Shown here: piece by piece, positions 1 to 10,000 of the stretch
How positions within the stretch are numbered: the stretch's first letter is position 1
Layout: every line of letters begins with the position of its first letter
Assembly: GCA_002382525.1 (NCBI GenBank)
Contig: DFYA01000056.1
Coordinates: 1-37,674, forward strand
Direction of reading: 5' to 3'
DNA length: 37,674 bases
DNA from: Opitutaceae bacterium UBA4094
Lineage (GTDB): Bacteria; Verrucomicrobiota; Verrucomicrobiia; Opitutales; Opitutaceae
Made by a program: the position numbers and the translations under genes
Notes under the pieces: generated by a model
Databases searched by the model: none
Seen by the model: the letters and a program-made list of their open reading frames with translations, nothing else
Told to the model about the DNA's origin: nothing

Positions 1-765
1 ACGTCCCGCCGCCGTCAACGCGCGCACCCGCATCCCGTCCAACACCCGGAGATCCTCCGCCGACACGCCCGCTCGCTCGCCGGCGGACCGCGCCGCCTCG
101 CAAAACGCCACGCTCTGCTCCGCGTTGTCGCCTTCCGCGATCAGCGCAGCCGCGTCCCGCACGAAGGTCCCGCCCGGATACCCGTGCGCAAACGCGTCGA
201 ACAGCAGCCGCTCTGCCGCCGGCCGTAGCCGCAACGACACATAGATCATCGCAAGGTCCAGCCGTGCCTTTGCATCGGATGGATTTCGAACCACGCCCGC
301 GCGCAGCTTGGAAAAACCGCCCTGGAACCGGTTCGCCTTAAGATCCTCGTAAGCCTCGGCGATCAGCGCCTTGCCTCGCAAAACCGGCACCTGCGACCAT
401 CGCGTCGGCATCACCAGGTCAGCGTAACCGATTTGGTTGTGCGGCATAGTTTGATACCAACGCAGCAACACTGCGGCTCCGGCCAAATACGCCACGGCTG
501 CCAGGGCCATCGCCCAAAGCACCACGCCGCGCAGGCTGATTCGCACGCAGCCGATACCGGGTTTTTTCGTGAGCGGATACAGAGGATCCGGCCCGCGCAC
601 ACCGTTCGGATACCGCCGATACAGGCAAAACAGTCCCACCCACCAACGTCCCTCGCTCACCGGAGGCGTTCCCCAACCGACGCGCACGCGCGAGAGTTTG
701 GACAAAGACCGCCCGGTGGTCGATCGGGCGGATGCAGGGGCAGGCGGCGACAGGTGCGTGTTCAT
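1..765 (-). CDS. TPR-like helical-repeat protein with one N-terminal transmembrane helix; runs off the left edge (partial, 255 codons)
   Basis: Not in the ORF track; hand translation from ATG at 765 is open to base 1: MNTHLSPP...VVLWAMALAAVAYLAGAAVLLRWY (TM)...YADLVMPTRWSQVPVLRGKALIAEAYEDLKANRFQGGFSKLRAGVVRNPSDAKARLDLAMIY (TPR-like helices). Confidence 0.75.
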   Translation of the reverse strand, partial: MNTHLSPPAPASARSTTGRSLSKLSRVRVGWGTPPVSEGRWWVGLFCLYRRYPNGVRGPDPLYPLTKKPGIGCVRISLRGVVLWAMALAAVAYLAGAAVLLRWYQTMPHNQIGYADLVMPTRWSQVPVLRGKALIAEAYEDLKANRFQGGFSKLRAGVVRNPSDAKARLDLAMIYVSLRLRPAAERLLFDAFAHGYPGGTFVRDAAALIAEGDNAEQSVAFCEAARSAGERAGVSAEDLRVLDGMRVRALTAAGR

Positions 766-936
766 AACGTCAAACGCATGAGCCTGCCCGGCCGCCCCAA
801 ACCGTCGAGCGGCCCGCTTTACGAACGCGCGACGATCCGGTGACGTTTCGAAGACGGGGCGCAGCCCCGGCACTCGCCAAATGCCCGTGGCGGAACGCAT
901 GGCCACAGATCGGGCAGCCATGCGTGTGGCGACCGC

Positions 937-1743
937 CTATTGCCGACGCCGACGTCCGCCAGCAACCAAGAGAGCGGCGCCCGACAGCCACAGGCCGGCG
1001 GTTCCCGGCTCCGGAATGGCGGCTACCGAAAAATTATCGAGTCGCATGTTCTCGCCCAACCGGATTGCCACCTGACCCGCCCCGATCGCGGCCGACGTCG
1101 TGTCAGTGGCCGTCAAGGTCCCTCCGATCTGCGTGCCGCCCACCGAACTCAGGGAGGCCCCGAACCACACCGTGTTACCCACATCCTTCACTTGGAGCGT
1201 GAGCGTATAAAAGGTATTCGCCACAAACGCCCCGCTCGTGGTGAAGGTTTGTGTGGACAGCAGCGTGCCCACGCCGGAGTTGGCCAAGGTGCTGTCCGAA
1301 TCCCAAAGTCGGAAGTCGGCCGTGGTGGCGCTGGTGATGCGGACAATCGCCACGTAACCCGCACTGCCCGCACTGTTCACTTTGGTGTAGAAGCCGACGC
1401 TGTTGGCCGAGCTCAACGAATTCATGCTGAAATCCGCCTGCACCGTGAAATCGGCAAACGTGTTGTTGGCCGCCACGGCTACACCCGTGCCGCCTGACCC
1501 GGCCGTGCCGCCGACCGCGGTCGTGTTGTAGATCGCGGTGGTGGCGCCAACCATCGACTTCTGCAGATAGCCGGCCGCATTCCACGTTGTCAGCGCGCCG
1601 TTCGCGACTTCGTGGAAATTGCTGTCGTAGTCCTCGGCCGAGCCGAACGGCACCGTGGCTGCGATGGCGACGGGCACCGTCAGCACGCAAGCGGATAGAC
1701 CGACAAGCGCTCTTCCGACCAGGAGTCGGCGAGCGAACGGCAT
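937..1743 (-). CDS. PEP-CTERM surface protein, probable ConA/LamG-like beta-sandwich domain
   Basis: C-terminus IPEPGTAGLWLSGAALLVAGGRRRRQ is a PEP-CTERM signal; signal peptide MPFARRLLVGRALVGLSACVLTVPVAIA from ATG 1743 (upstream ATG 1824 overlaps the divergent gene); DFTVQADF...FYTLTLQV...GQVAIRL...LDNFSV pattern. Confidence 0.85.
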   Translation of the reverse strand: MPFARRLLVGRALVGLSACVLTVPVAIAATVPFGSAEDYDSNFHEVANGALTTWNAAGYLQKSMVGATTAIYNTTAVGGTAGSGGTGVAVAANNTFADFTVQADFSMNSLSSANSVGFYTKVNSAGSAGYVAIVRITSATTADFRLWDSDSTLANSGVGTLLSTQTFTTSGAFVANTFYTLTLQVKDVGNTVWFGASLSSVGGTQIGGTLTATDTTSAAIGAGQVAIRLGENMRLDNFSVAAIPEPGTAGLWLSGAALLVAGGRRRRQ

Positions 1744-1900
1744 CGTCGGCGGCGAGCCCGAGAGAACGTCGCGGTCGGGAGCAGCGGCAGGTGGGACAGA
1801 ATGGGGTGTATGAGATAACATCATGCCGCACTTTCCGAGTGCTCGCGCCCTGCGTCGATTCGACTCGATTGCGGACTATCATGACAGATATCAAAATCTC

Positions 1901-2800
1901 ATGGCCTCTTCCCCGCCGCTTCGTCTCTCGTCGCATGAATGGGCCAGCCTGCACACGGAGCTTGTGTGGATTTACGACAGTGTAGTGGCTCCTGAATACC
2001 GGCATGTGCGAGTGAACACCGGAACGACCGGTTATTGGGCGCGCTACGTGCGAGCGGGCTCCGTCACCCTCACGGACACCACGGGGCGCGTGATCAAAGC
2101 GGCGCCGGGTCGATGGCTGATCGGCCCTCGTGGAAAGGGCACTTTGGACGTCGGTGAAACGGCCCATCTTCTGTCCATTCACTTCCTCTGCCAATGGCCG
2201 ACCGGGGACAACTTCTTCGGCGAAACCGGCGTGATCGCCTTTGCCGACGATGCGTTTCCCCGTTTGCGCAAACAGGCCGAACAGCTCGAGCGCGCCGTGC
2301 GTCGGCAACACCCGGACGCGCAGGTCGGCTACGCGCGAGCGCAAGCCGTTTATCCCGACTTCTTGCGACAACAGGGACTGTTCGTCGGCTGGCTCGCGAC
2401 GTGGTGCGAAGCCTTGGCCGCCCTCGGATGCAATCCGGCCTACGGTGGAAGTGGAGACGAGCGCCTGACACGCGTTGTGCGTCGTTTGAACGAAGCGCCA
2501 CTCGCGCGTAGTTTCCCGCGTGAACTGTTAATCGCGGAGGCAAAGCTCAGCGCCGGGCAGCTCGATCTGCGGTTTCAGCAAGCGTTCGGGCTTAGCCCTT
2601 GGCGATATTGGGAAAGGCGCCGGTTGGAGCACGCCAAGCGCCGGTTGCTCCATGAAGAAACCGCCGTGAAACAGGTCGCCTACGAGCTGGGATTCAGGAG
2701 CGATGCGCACTTTGTCGCGTGGTTTCGCAAGCTCGCCGGAGACAGTCCCGGACGCTATCGCGCGCTACATTCTTCAGAGCGACGGGATGCCGGGGCTTGA
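1901..2800 (+). CDS. AraC family transcriptional regulator (start 1901 or 1823)
   Basis: C-terminal double HTH: FQQAFGLSPWRYWERRRLEHAKRRLL...VKQVAYELGFRSDAHFVAWFRKLAGDSPGRYR; N-terminal cupin-like sensor. Confidence 0.9.
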   Translation: MASSPPLRLSSHEWASLHTELVWIYDSVVAPEYRHVRVNTGTTGYWARYVRAGSVTLTDTTGRVIKAAPGRWLIGPRGKGTLDVGETAHLLSIHFLCQWPTGDNFFGETGVIAFADDAFPRLRKQAEQLERAVRRQHPDAQVGYARAQAVYPDFLRQQGLFVGWLATWCEALAALGCNPAYGGSGDERLTRVVRRLNEAPLARSFPRELLIAEAKLSAGQLDLRFQQAFGLSPWRYWERRRLEHAKRRLLHEETAVKQVAYELGFRSDAHFVAWFRKLAGDSPGRYRALHSSERRDAGA

Positions 2801-3826
2801 GCGTGGCGTCACGCTCAAGCCGTCCCACCAGATACCCGGCAACTCCACCGCCACGGGCGAGTGCTCCAGCCCGCGTTCACCTCGATTCAGCCTCATGTGC
2901 ACCAGGTCCACACCTGCCGCGCCAATCCTCCCGTGCGGCAACCACACACCCGTGGTCGTTTCGTCACGCGTCCTCAAATCGAGATCCACGGACTTCAGCG
3001 GCTCGGCTTCGCGGGTGACCCGCGCCGCCAGCAGCTCCGGCACGCGGTTTCTAAAAAACAGGATCGCATCCGGCCGTTCGCGCTTCAGCCAGCGCTCCAG
3101 CATCACGTTGTCCAAGGGCGCGCCGCTACTCACCAACGGTTTCACCCGCTCCGCGCCCTCGCACGTCGCCTGCGCCGCCACACACGCGCCGAGGCAACGT
3201 CCCTCGGACAGCTGATTGTGCACCTCATCGATCACGAGGCCGATGCGGCGATAACCCGCCGCATGGGTTCGGAGAAAGGCGAGACGCGTCGCCGAAAAGA
3301 AATCTGCAAACGCAAACGGCACCACCGCCCTTCTCGGTCGACCGAGTCCCGCGCACGCGTAACGGTCCCAATCGATCGCGCGCTCGCTCGGCTGCACCGA
3401 GAGCAGCACCAGCCCTACGATCCCGCGCGCTCGAAGAATCTCTCCCAGCCTCCGCTCCGACAGTCCGGGCTCAAACACCCAAAACACATCGAGCCCGTAG
3501 CCTAGGTCCTCCGCCCGAGCCCGCACGCCCGCCACCATGCGCGAATAGTGATAGTGCAACGGGTGCGGCGGCTTCGCCGTCAACGGGTTCGCATCGCGGT
3601 GCCCGACGAGCAAGGCGAGCGTGCCGCGCGTCGCGCCACCCTGCTTCGCCTGCGCCAGTCCGACCGCGTAGGGATTTGGCCGATACCCCAGCCGCGCCGC
3701 TTCCGTGCGCACACGTTCTCTCACGGTCTGCGAGATGCGTCCCTGTCCTCGCAGCACTTTGCTCACGGTCATCACGCTCACGCCCGCCGCCGCGGCAACC
3801 GCAGCCAATGTCGGATGCGCGTTCAT
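2774..3826 (-). CDS. LacI family transcriptional regulator
   Basis: HTH PTLAAVAAAAGVSVMTVSKVLRGQGRIS..VR.RV...AARLGYRPN followed by a sugar-binding-fold domain (GYRRIGL, RPDAI). Confidence 0.95.
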   Translation of the reverse strand: MNAHPTLAAVAAAAGVSVMTVSKVLRGQGRISQTVRERVRTEAARLGYRPNPYAVGLAQAKQGGATRGTLALLVGHRDANPLTAKPPHPLHYHYSRMVAGVRARAEDLGYGLDVFWVFEPGLSERRLGEILRARGIVGLVLLSVQPSERAIDWDRYACAGLGRPRRAVVPFAFADFFSATRLAFLRTHAAGYRRIGLVIDEVHNQLSEGRCLGACVAAQATCEGAERVKPLVSSGAPLDNVMLERWLKRERPDAILFFRNRVPELLAARVTREAEPLKSVDLDLRTRDETTTGVWLPHGRIGAAGVDLVHMRLNRGERGLEHSPVAVELPGIWWDGLSVTPRSSPGIPSL

Positions 3827-3839
3827 GATGCGACAGGAA

Positions 3840-3853
3840 GGTTACCGCTAACC
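3840..3853. promoter_or_regulatory. Candidate LacI-family operator GGTTACCGCTAACC
   Basis: 14-bp palindrome with one mismatched pair and a central CG, in the divergent gap between the LacI gene (start 3826) and the gene at 3940. Confidence 0.65.
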
Positions 3854-3939
3854 CGCCGCGACACTCGGCGGAAGCCCATCCGCGGATCAAAATCGCACCG
3901 TCTCTTCGTTCGTCCGCCCCACCCCCAATCCCCACCCCT

Positions 3940-6900
3940 ATGAACCTGAGCTCGTTTCGAGCCGGCGGCTTCCTGCTGTCGGCCTTCCTCCTCGGCGCGT
4001 CCGCGCACGCCGCCACCATCGTTCAATCCGCCGACACCACCGCCTTCAGCCATAGCCCCGGCACACAGGCTCTGCGCGTCACCAAATCCACCGTCGCCGG
4101 CACTGCCGCGGCGCCGAGCCTTCGCTTCCCCCTCGCGTCGGCGCTGCCCGCGGGCACCTACACGCTCAGCTTCCGTTTCCGCTGTCTCGACAAGCCCGAT
4201 GATCTGCGCAGCACCCTGCGCGGCACCAACGGCGACGGCAGCCACTTTGAGCAGAGCGTCACCCTCGCGGGCCCGCCCGGATTTTGGTATCGCTACCAGA
4301 CGACGGTCACCGTGAGCGGCACCGATGTCTGGACCGGCTACGCCGAGATCATGGTGAAGCTTTGGAACAACGATACCGACTCCTTCGAGCTCCTCGTGGA
4401 TGACGTATCGCTCGTCGACGCCTCCAACCAACAGGTCCTCGCGAAACTCTACACATTCGAGGACGACACCGTGGGTGCCGCCCCGTCCGGCGTCGCCGCC
4501 TTTAACGGCACGTTCGACAGCATGACCGTCGTCAACGTCCCCCAAGCCGACTACACGTCCACGTGGGCGGGCAACACCTGGGGCGGCGCCGGCTCCTACT
4601 TCACGCCGCGCGTCAACCACGTGCAGATGCAGATCGACTCCATGGCGGTCGCCTCCGACGGCACCGTTTACACCAACAGCGCCTGGGATGAATCGCACAA
4701 GCTCCTCGGTATCTACCGCGACGGCCTTGATCACGGTCAGTTGCTCCAGGCGACCAACCAATACTCGTGGGTCCATCCCGACGGAGGCGCCATTGCCGTC
4801 AACTCCACGCACGTGTTCGTCTCGGTGCGCCACGGTTCCTTTCGCCGTTACCTGCGCAGCAACCGCACGCCGGCCGGCGCGGACGTGACCGTCTGCACGC
4901 AAAAACTCACCGGTCTCGCTGCCAGCGCCACCGAGGTGTTTGTGAGCGATCCGCAAAACCAAAAGATCAAGGTCTACGACGCCGCCACCCTCGCCTACTT
5001 GCGCGAGTTCGCCGTGAGCACGCCTGCCAATCTCGCGCTCGACGCCGCCGGCGGTCTCTGGGTTCTCCAACGCGGCGCCGTCACCAACGAAGTTCGCTGC
5101 TACAACGCCACGACAGGCACCGCGACGGGACAGGTCATCACGTTCCCCGCGACCGTTTATCCGACTGCGCTCGCCTACAACCCGACAGCGAACCGGGTCA
5201 TGGTTGCCGACGGTGGCATCGACAGCCGCATCCGTTACTACAACCCGACGTGGCTCTCCGGCACGCCGACCTCGATGACTGCGACGTTCGGCGCCGCCAA
5301 CGGCATCTACGGCGGCACCCGCGGCGCCTATGCGCCGCTCAAGTTCGTCAACCTCACCGGTGTCGGCGTGGACAGCTCGGGGCACGTCTACGTCGCCAGC
5401 AGTTCGCTCAACGAGAGTGGCGTGAGCATCGAGAGCTACACGTCCTCCGGCACTCGCCGCTGGGATCTCCAGAACCACTGCTTCGTCGCCACCGCTGACC
5501 TCGATCCCGGCTCCGAGAACGACCTCTACACGTCGATGCACCGCATGCGCCTCGATTACACGAAAGGCTACGACGCGTTCTGGAAACCCGGCGCCTACAC
5601 CTTTGATCCGATTCGCTTCCCCCACGACGCCCGCGCGCATCTTGACCACAACTTCATCGGCGTCATCGCCGTTCGCCGCATTCAGGGGAAGAAATTCGTC
5701 TACCTCACCAACATGTATGCGGACTGGCTCGCGGTTTACCGATTCGACTCCACCGCTCATGGCGAGATCGCGGTCCCGTGCGGCTTGTGGGCCAACAAGA
5801 ACCTCGGTGCGTGGCCGTCCACCCAGCCTGCTTCCGGCGAGTGGATCTGGTCCGACCTCGACGGCGACGCCGTCCCCGAGGCCGGCGAATACTCCACCCC
5901 CGGCACCGGCGCCAACGCTCCGCACGACACGTGGGGCTGGATGGTCGATGCCAACGGCGATGTGTGGCAGTGCTCCGAGACCGCCGGCATCCGCCGCTTC
6001 GCCATGACCGGCCTCGTCAACAACACTCCGCACTACAGCCACACGAGCCGCACCACCTACGCCATGCCGGCGCCGTTTACGCAGTTGCGCCGCGTCGAAT
6101 ACGACGCCGCCAACGACGCGCTTTATCTTTGCGGCTACACCGCCGATTACACCTTCGACAAGGATCCGAACACCGCCGGCGTCCAAGAGGAATGGGGCAA
6201 GACCGCCGGCCGCGTCCTCGCTCGCTACTCCAACTGGCTCGCGGGCAACCGCACCGCCGCTTGGACCGTCGAGAACCTCGTGTTCAAGATCAACAACGCC
6301 GAACAACACAAAAACGTGGTGATCGCCGCCATCGCCATCGCCGGGGATTATGTATTCACGCAATGGGGACGCTTCGACGCCGAGGTCAACGACCAGCGCA
6401 CCGATGTCTATCGAGCCTCCGACGGCGCCTTCGTGAAAACTTTCACGCCCGGACCCACCGCCAGCCTCGATCAAGCGCAGATCGACATGCCCTACGGGAT
6501 GCGCGCCGCCCGCCGCGCCAACGGCGAATATGTGGTGATGGTCGAGGACGACTGGTTCGGCAAAATCCTCATCTATCGCTGGACGCCCGAGGTCACCGTG
6601 GACAACGCCTCGTCCACCGAGGTCACCCTTACCGGCGACTGGACCGCCAGCACCCACTCGCCAGGCTTTCACGGCGCGAACTACCTGCACGACGGCAATA
6701 CCAACAAAGGCGCGAAGAGCGTGCGTTTCACGCCGTATCTCAACCCCGGCACCTACACCGTTCAACTCCGGTGGGCCGCTGATCCCAACCGGTCGTCCAA
6801 TGTCCCCGTAACGATCATCCACGCCAGCGGCACCGCGCACACGTCGGTCGATCAACGCACTCACGGCGGCGCGTGGAACTCCGTCGGCGGTTTCCGCTTC

Positions 6901-6996
6901 GACGTCGGCACCGGCGGCCACGTGACGATCAGCACCGGCGGCACAACCGGCCACGTCATCGCCGACGCCGTGCGCTTCGTGCGGATTGGAGATTGA
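3940..6996 (+). CDS. Secreted multidomain protein: N-terminal CBM-like beta-sandwich, central NHL/SMP-30-like beta-propeller, C-terminal golvesin/xanthan-lyase-type carbohydrate-binding domain
   Basis: Signal peptide ending ASAHA; propeller blades (MAVASDGTVY, LALDAAGGLWV, GVGVDSSGHVYV, MVDANGDVW); C-terminal VDNA...GDWTAS...GANYLHDGN...NRSSNVPVTI...VDQRTHGGAW...VIADAVRFV. Confidence 0.8.
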   Translation: MNLSSFRAGGFLLSAFLLGASAHAATIVQSADTTAFSHSPGTQALRVTKSTVAGTAAAPSLRFPLASALPAGTYTLSFRFRCLDKPDDLRSTLRGTNGDGSHFEQSVTLAGPPGFWYRYQTTVTVSGTDVWTGYAEIMVKLWNNDTDSFELLVDDVSLVDASNQQVLAKLYTFEDDTVGAAPSGVAAFNGTFDSMTVVNVPQADYTSTWAGNTWGGAGSYFTPRVNHVQMQIDSMAVASDGTVYTNSAWDESHKLLGIYRDGLDHGQLLQATNQYSWVHPDGGAIAVNSTHVFVSVRHGSFRRYLRSNRTPAGADVTVCTQKLTGLAASATEVFVSDPQNQKIKVYDAATLAYLREFAVSTPANLALDAAGGLWVLQRGAVTNEVRCYNATTGTATGQVITFPATVYPTALAYNPTANRVMVADGGIDSRIRYYNPTWLSGTPTSMTATFGAANGIYGGTRGAYAPLKFVNLTGVGVDSSGHVYVASSSLNESGVSIESYTSSGTRRWDLQNHCFVATADLDPGSENDLYTSMHRMRLDYTKGYDAFWKPGAYTFDPIRFPHDARAHLDHNFIGVIAVRRIQGKKFVYLTNMYADWLAVYRFDSTAHGEIAVPCGLWANKNLGAWPSTQPASGEWIWSDLDGDAVPEAGEYSTPGTGANAPHDTWGWMVDANGDVWQCSETAGIRRFAMTGLVNNTPHYSHTSRTTYAMPAPFTQLRRVEYDAANDALYLCGYTADYTFDKDPNTAGVQEEWGKTAGRVLARYSNWLAGNRTAAWTVENLVFKINNAEQHKNVVIAAIAIAGDYVFTQWGRFDAEVNDQRTDVYRASDGAFVKTFTPGPTASLDQAQIDMPYGMRAARRANGEYVVMVEDDWFGKILIYRWTPEVTVDNASSTEVTLTGDWTASTHSPGFHGANYLHDGNTNKGAKSVRFTPYLNPGTYTVQLRWAADPNRSSNVPVTIIHASGTAHTSVDQRTHGGAWNSVGGFRFDVGTGGHVTISTGGTTGHVIADAVRFVRIGD

Positions 6997-7023
6997 TGGG
7001 CACATAGTCCAAACGATTTCCCG

Positions 7024-7051
7024 GGAGCGGCGGCACGATTGCCGCCGCTCC
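7024..7051. terminator. GC-rich hairpin between convergent genes (possible bidirectional terminator or REP-like element)
   Basis: GGAGCGGCGGCA-CGAT-TGCCGCCGCTCC, perfect 12-bp stem; no clear U-tract. Confidence 0.55.
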
Positions 7052-7099
7052 GCCCCGATCCCACTTCTGTTCGCTTACGGCAGACCCGACTCGGATTAA

Positions 7100-10000
7100 T
7101 TACCGCGTGATCAACCGCTCGCCTTGCGCCGGCTCGGCGATGTCGCCGAGCTTCAGCACCTGCTTGGCGTAGCCGGCATCGTCGTCGTTCACTTGCACAC
7201 TCAGCTTGAACGGTCCTCCCGCGACCACGGTCTTCGGAAATGAGATCTGATAAAGCGTGCGCGAGTCGGCTTCTTGACGCACGGACTTCAGATCGGCGCC
7301 TGCGGCGGTGAACAACGGCTTGCCGGCTTCGTCGGCAACCGCCACCTGCACGCTGTCGCCGGCAGTGTGTTGGTCGTCGGTCACCGCGACCAGGAGCACG
7401 AGCGTTTCCCCGTCATCTCGCAGCCACACCGCTCCGGAGAGATCCTTTTCTCCCTTATACCAGCGCGAGGAATCGGGCTCCTTCATCCAGAAGTTGGTCA
7501 CGGCATCGCTGCCGAGCACCGCGAGCGGTTCGAGTTGAAGCCACTGTTCGATGGTCGTCGCTCCGCCCAACTTGGGCAGCGCTCCACGCACGGTCAGCGC
7601 GGTCTTTTGGCGCGACAGCACGCGGCCGTCGGCGGACTTCATGACGACGGTGAGGTTGTCCGGGTCGTCGCCCGCTTGGCGAGCGATCCGCAGTTCCTTC
7701 GGGCCGCCGTAGAGCACGTCCCAACCGCCCCGACCGCTGGTCACAATCACCGCGAGCACGTTGCGCCCCGGCTTGAGCGCGAGCTTGAACGGGTGCAGAG
7801 CAATCGTGCCGTGCTGGCCGTTGCCCAGGGTGAGCGTGTCCTGCACCTTTTTGCCATTTAGATACCAGGCCATATACCAGTCGCCGGTCGCCCCCGCCTC
7901 GATTTCGACGGCACTTTCCGCGTCGATGAACGCATAGGCCACGCCGGAGCGGTTTTCTCCGAAGCCTCCCGCCAGACGACCGAAGTTTAAACGACCTCCG
8001 GGTGCCGCCGTGCCCACGCCCTTAACCGCGGCACCGTCGGCTTTCCCCGGCAGGCGCTCAGGGATCGCGCTCAACTGAGTAGGCGTGAGCGCCGCGGTAT
8101 CGACGTCGGTGAACACCGTCCACCACTGCGGAAGACCGAGCGGATGCTCCGCTTTCCCAGTGGTGACCGCCACGGGTGCGTCCACGCTGCCGCCGGCCGG
8201 AATCGTGAGTTTCTTGGCGGCCGGTTCGACCTTCGCGGAGAGCCGCGAGTTCGCCTCAAAGGTGAGTTCAACATCGACCGGTTGATCCTGCTGCGGATTG
8301 CGCACCGTCACCGGCACCCTCGTGGTTGCGCCGACGAGGAGCGGTTCAGCCCCGTTCACCGTGATCAATGGCGGCATCACCCGCGCGACGGATGCGGCGC
8401 CCGACGAGGTCCACGTGACGAACATCGGGTCAATGCCGACGGTGAACGCCGCGACGCCTTGGTTCGTTGCGACCGGAAGCGCGTTGCCAAACAGGTCGTA
8501 AGCGGACGCGGCGTTCACCGTGGCGCCGGCCTCGTCGAGGCCAAAGCGCAGTTCGTAGGAAACCGGTTTCTCGCAGAACGCGACGAGCGTCTTGCGGCCG
8601 GTCGCGACGCCCTGCGCGTCCTGCTCGACAAACAGATAAGCGATCACGCCCTCGGCGCCGGCGCTTTGCGCGAAGTCGATCTCGCGCTCGAAACGATGAT
8701 GCCGCAGGCGCTCGACCATGTTGCGATAGCTGAGCACCGAGGCACGCGGTTCGGCGAAATGATCCGTCATCGAATACCCGCCTTCGATGCCCGCGCCTTC
8801 CATGAACAGACGGAAGAACATGAACAGCGGCGCGCCCTTCGACTGCGCATAGGTCATTTTTTCCACCACAGTCCGCGCCTGCTCGCTCTGTCCGATCCGA
8901 TCCACGCCGGAGAAGCCGGACTCGGTCTCGATGAAGGGAATCTCCGCCTTTCCGTATTTCGACGCCACCCGATGCAGGCGTTCGTAGGCCGCTCGCTCCG
9001 CCTCGATGCCCGCGCCATGGCCGTGATAACCAATCGCATCCAGTTTCGTCGCGTCCACCTTCGCCACAAACTCTTCGGATCGGCGCACACCGTTCGGCCC
9101 CGCAAACGAGAGACCGCCGTTCATGACCACCGTGTCGTTGTCGGAAAATCCGGCCGCACGCGCGCCCCGTTTCACGGCGTCATACATCGCGTGATAGCTT
9201 TCGATGTAGGTCGGAATCTCGGCGGGATAAAAATGCGTGAGGTCAGGCTCGTTGCCCATTTCGTAGTAACGAAGCTTGCCCGGTCCCATGCCGGTGAAAC
9301 GTCGCGCCGCCTCCTCGATGAACACAAGTTTGGTCTTCAACTGTGCGGCGCGTTTGCCCGCATCGAGGTCCTTGGGCGGATCCACCATCACGGCGGTCTG
9401 CACATGCTCGTCCGCGAGCAGGGAGAGCGCGGTGCCGAGGTCGTCGACGGTTTCCTTCATGCCCTTGTTGTAGGGATTGCGTAGAATATCCACGCCCATC
9501 AGGCGGTAGTAGGCGAAGCCCGTCGGAGTCAGAATCGGGTAAATCGTGGTGTTGGCCGCATCGAGACCGTAGAGAAATTCGCCCGGACGCGCCTTCGCGA
9601 TCTCGCCCTTGCTGATCACACCGAGACGGAAGGAGCGCGTGTAAATCGGGCGAGCCCGGCTCTGTCCGAGGAAGAGTTCGAGCCGTCCTTCATAGGGCCC
9701 AAGCGGCCAGTCACTCGTGTTGATCGTAAACGGCAGCTCCGTCGTGCCCGAGGCGGCGATCACGGTCTTCGCGTCAACGCGATGTCGCACCTGATCGTCT
9801 CGCCCCGTGATCTGTAACCGGTAGTGCAGCGGACGGTCCACGCGCGCCACGTTGTTTAATCGCACGTCGACACGGTGGTCAGGTCCTTGCGTGAACGCCA
9901 GGACCCCGCCGGGTGTGGGTGCGCTCACGGCCGATACGTTGAGCATGCGCGACCACAGGACATCCTCGGTGGGATTGTAACCGATGAGCCGCACGCGTTT

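Noticed and set aside
3823-7005. 1060-aa minus-strand ORF
   Set aside because: Antisense shadow of the 3940-6996 gene; arises from high-GC codon bias and has no recognisable motifs.
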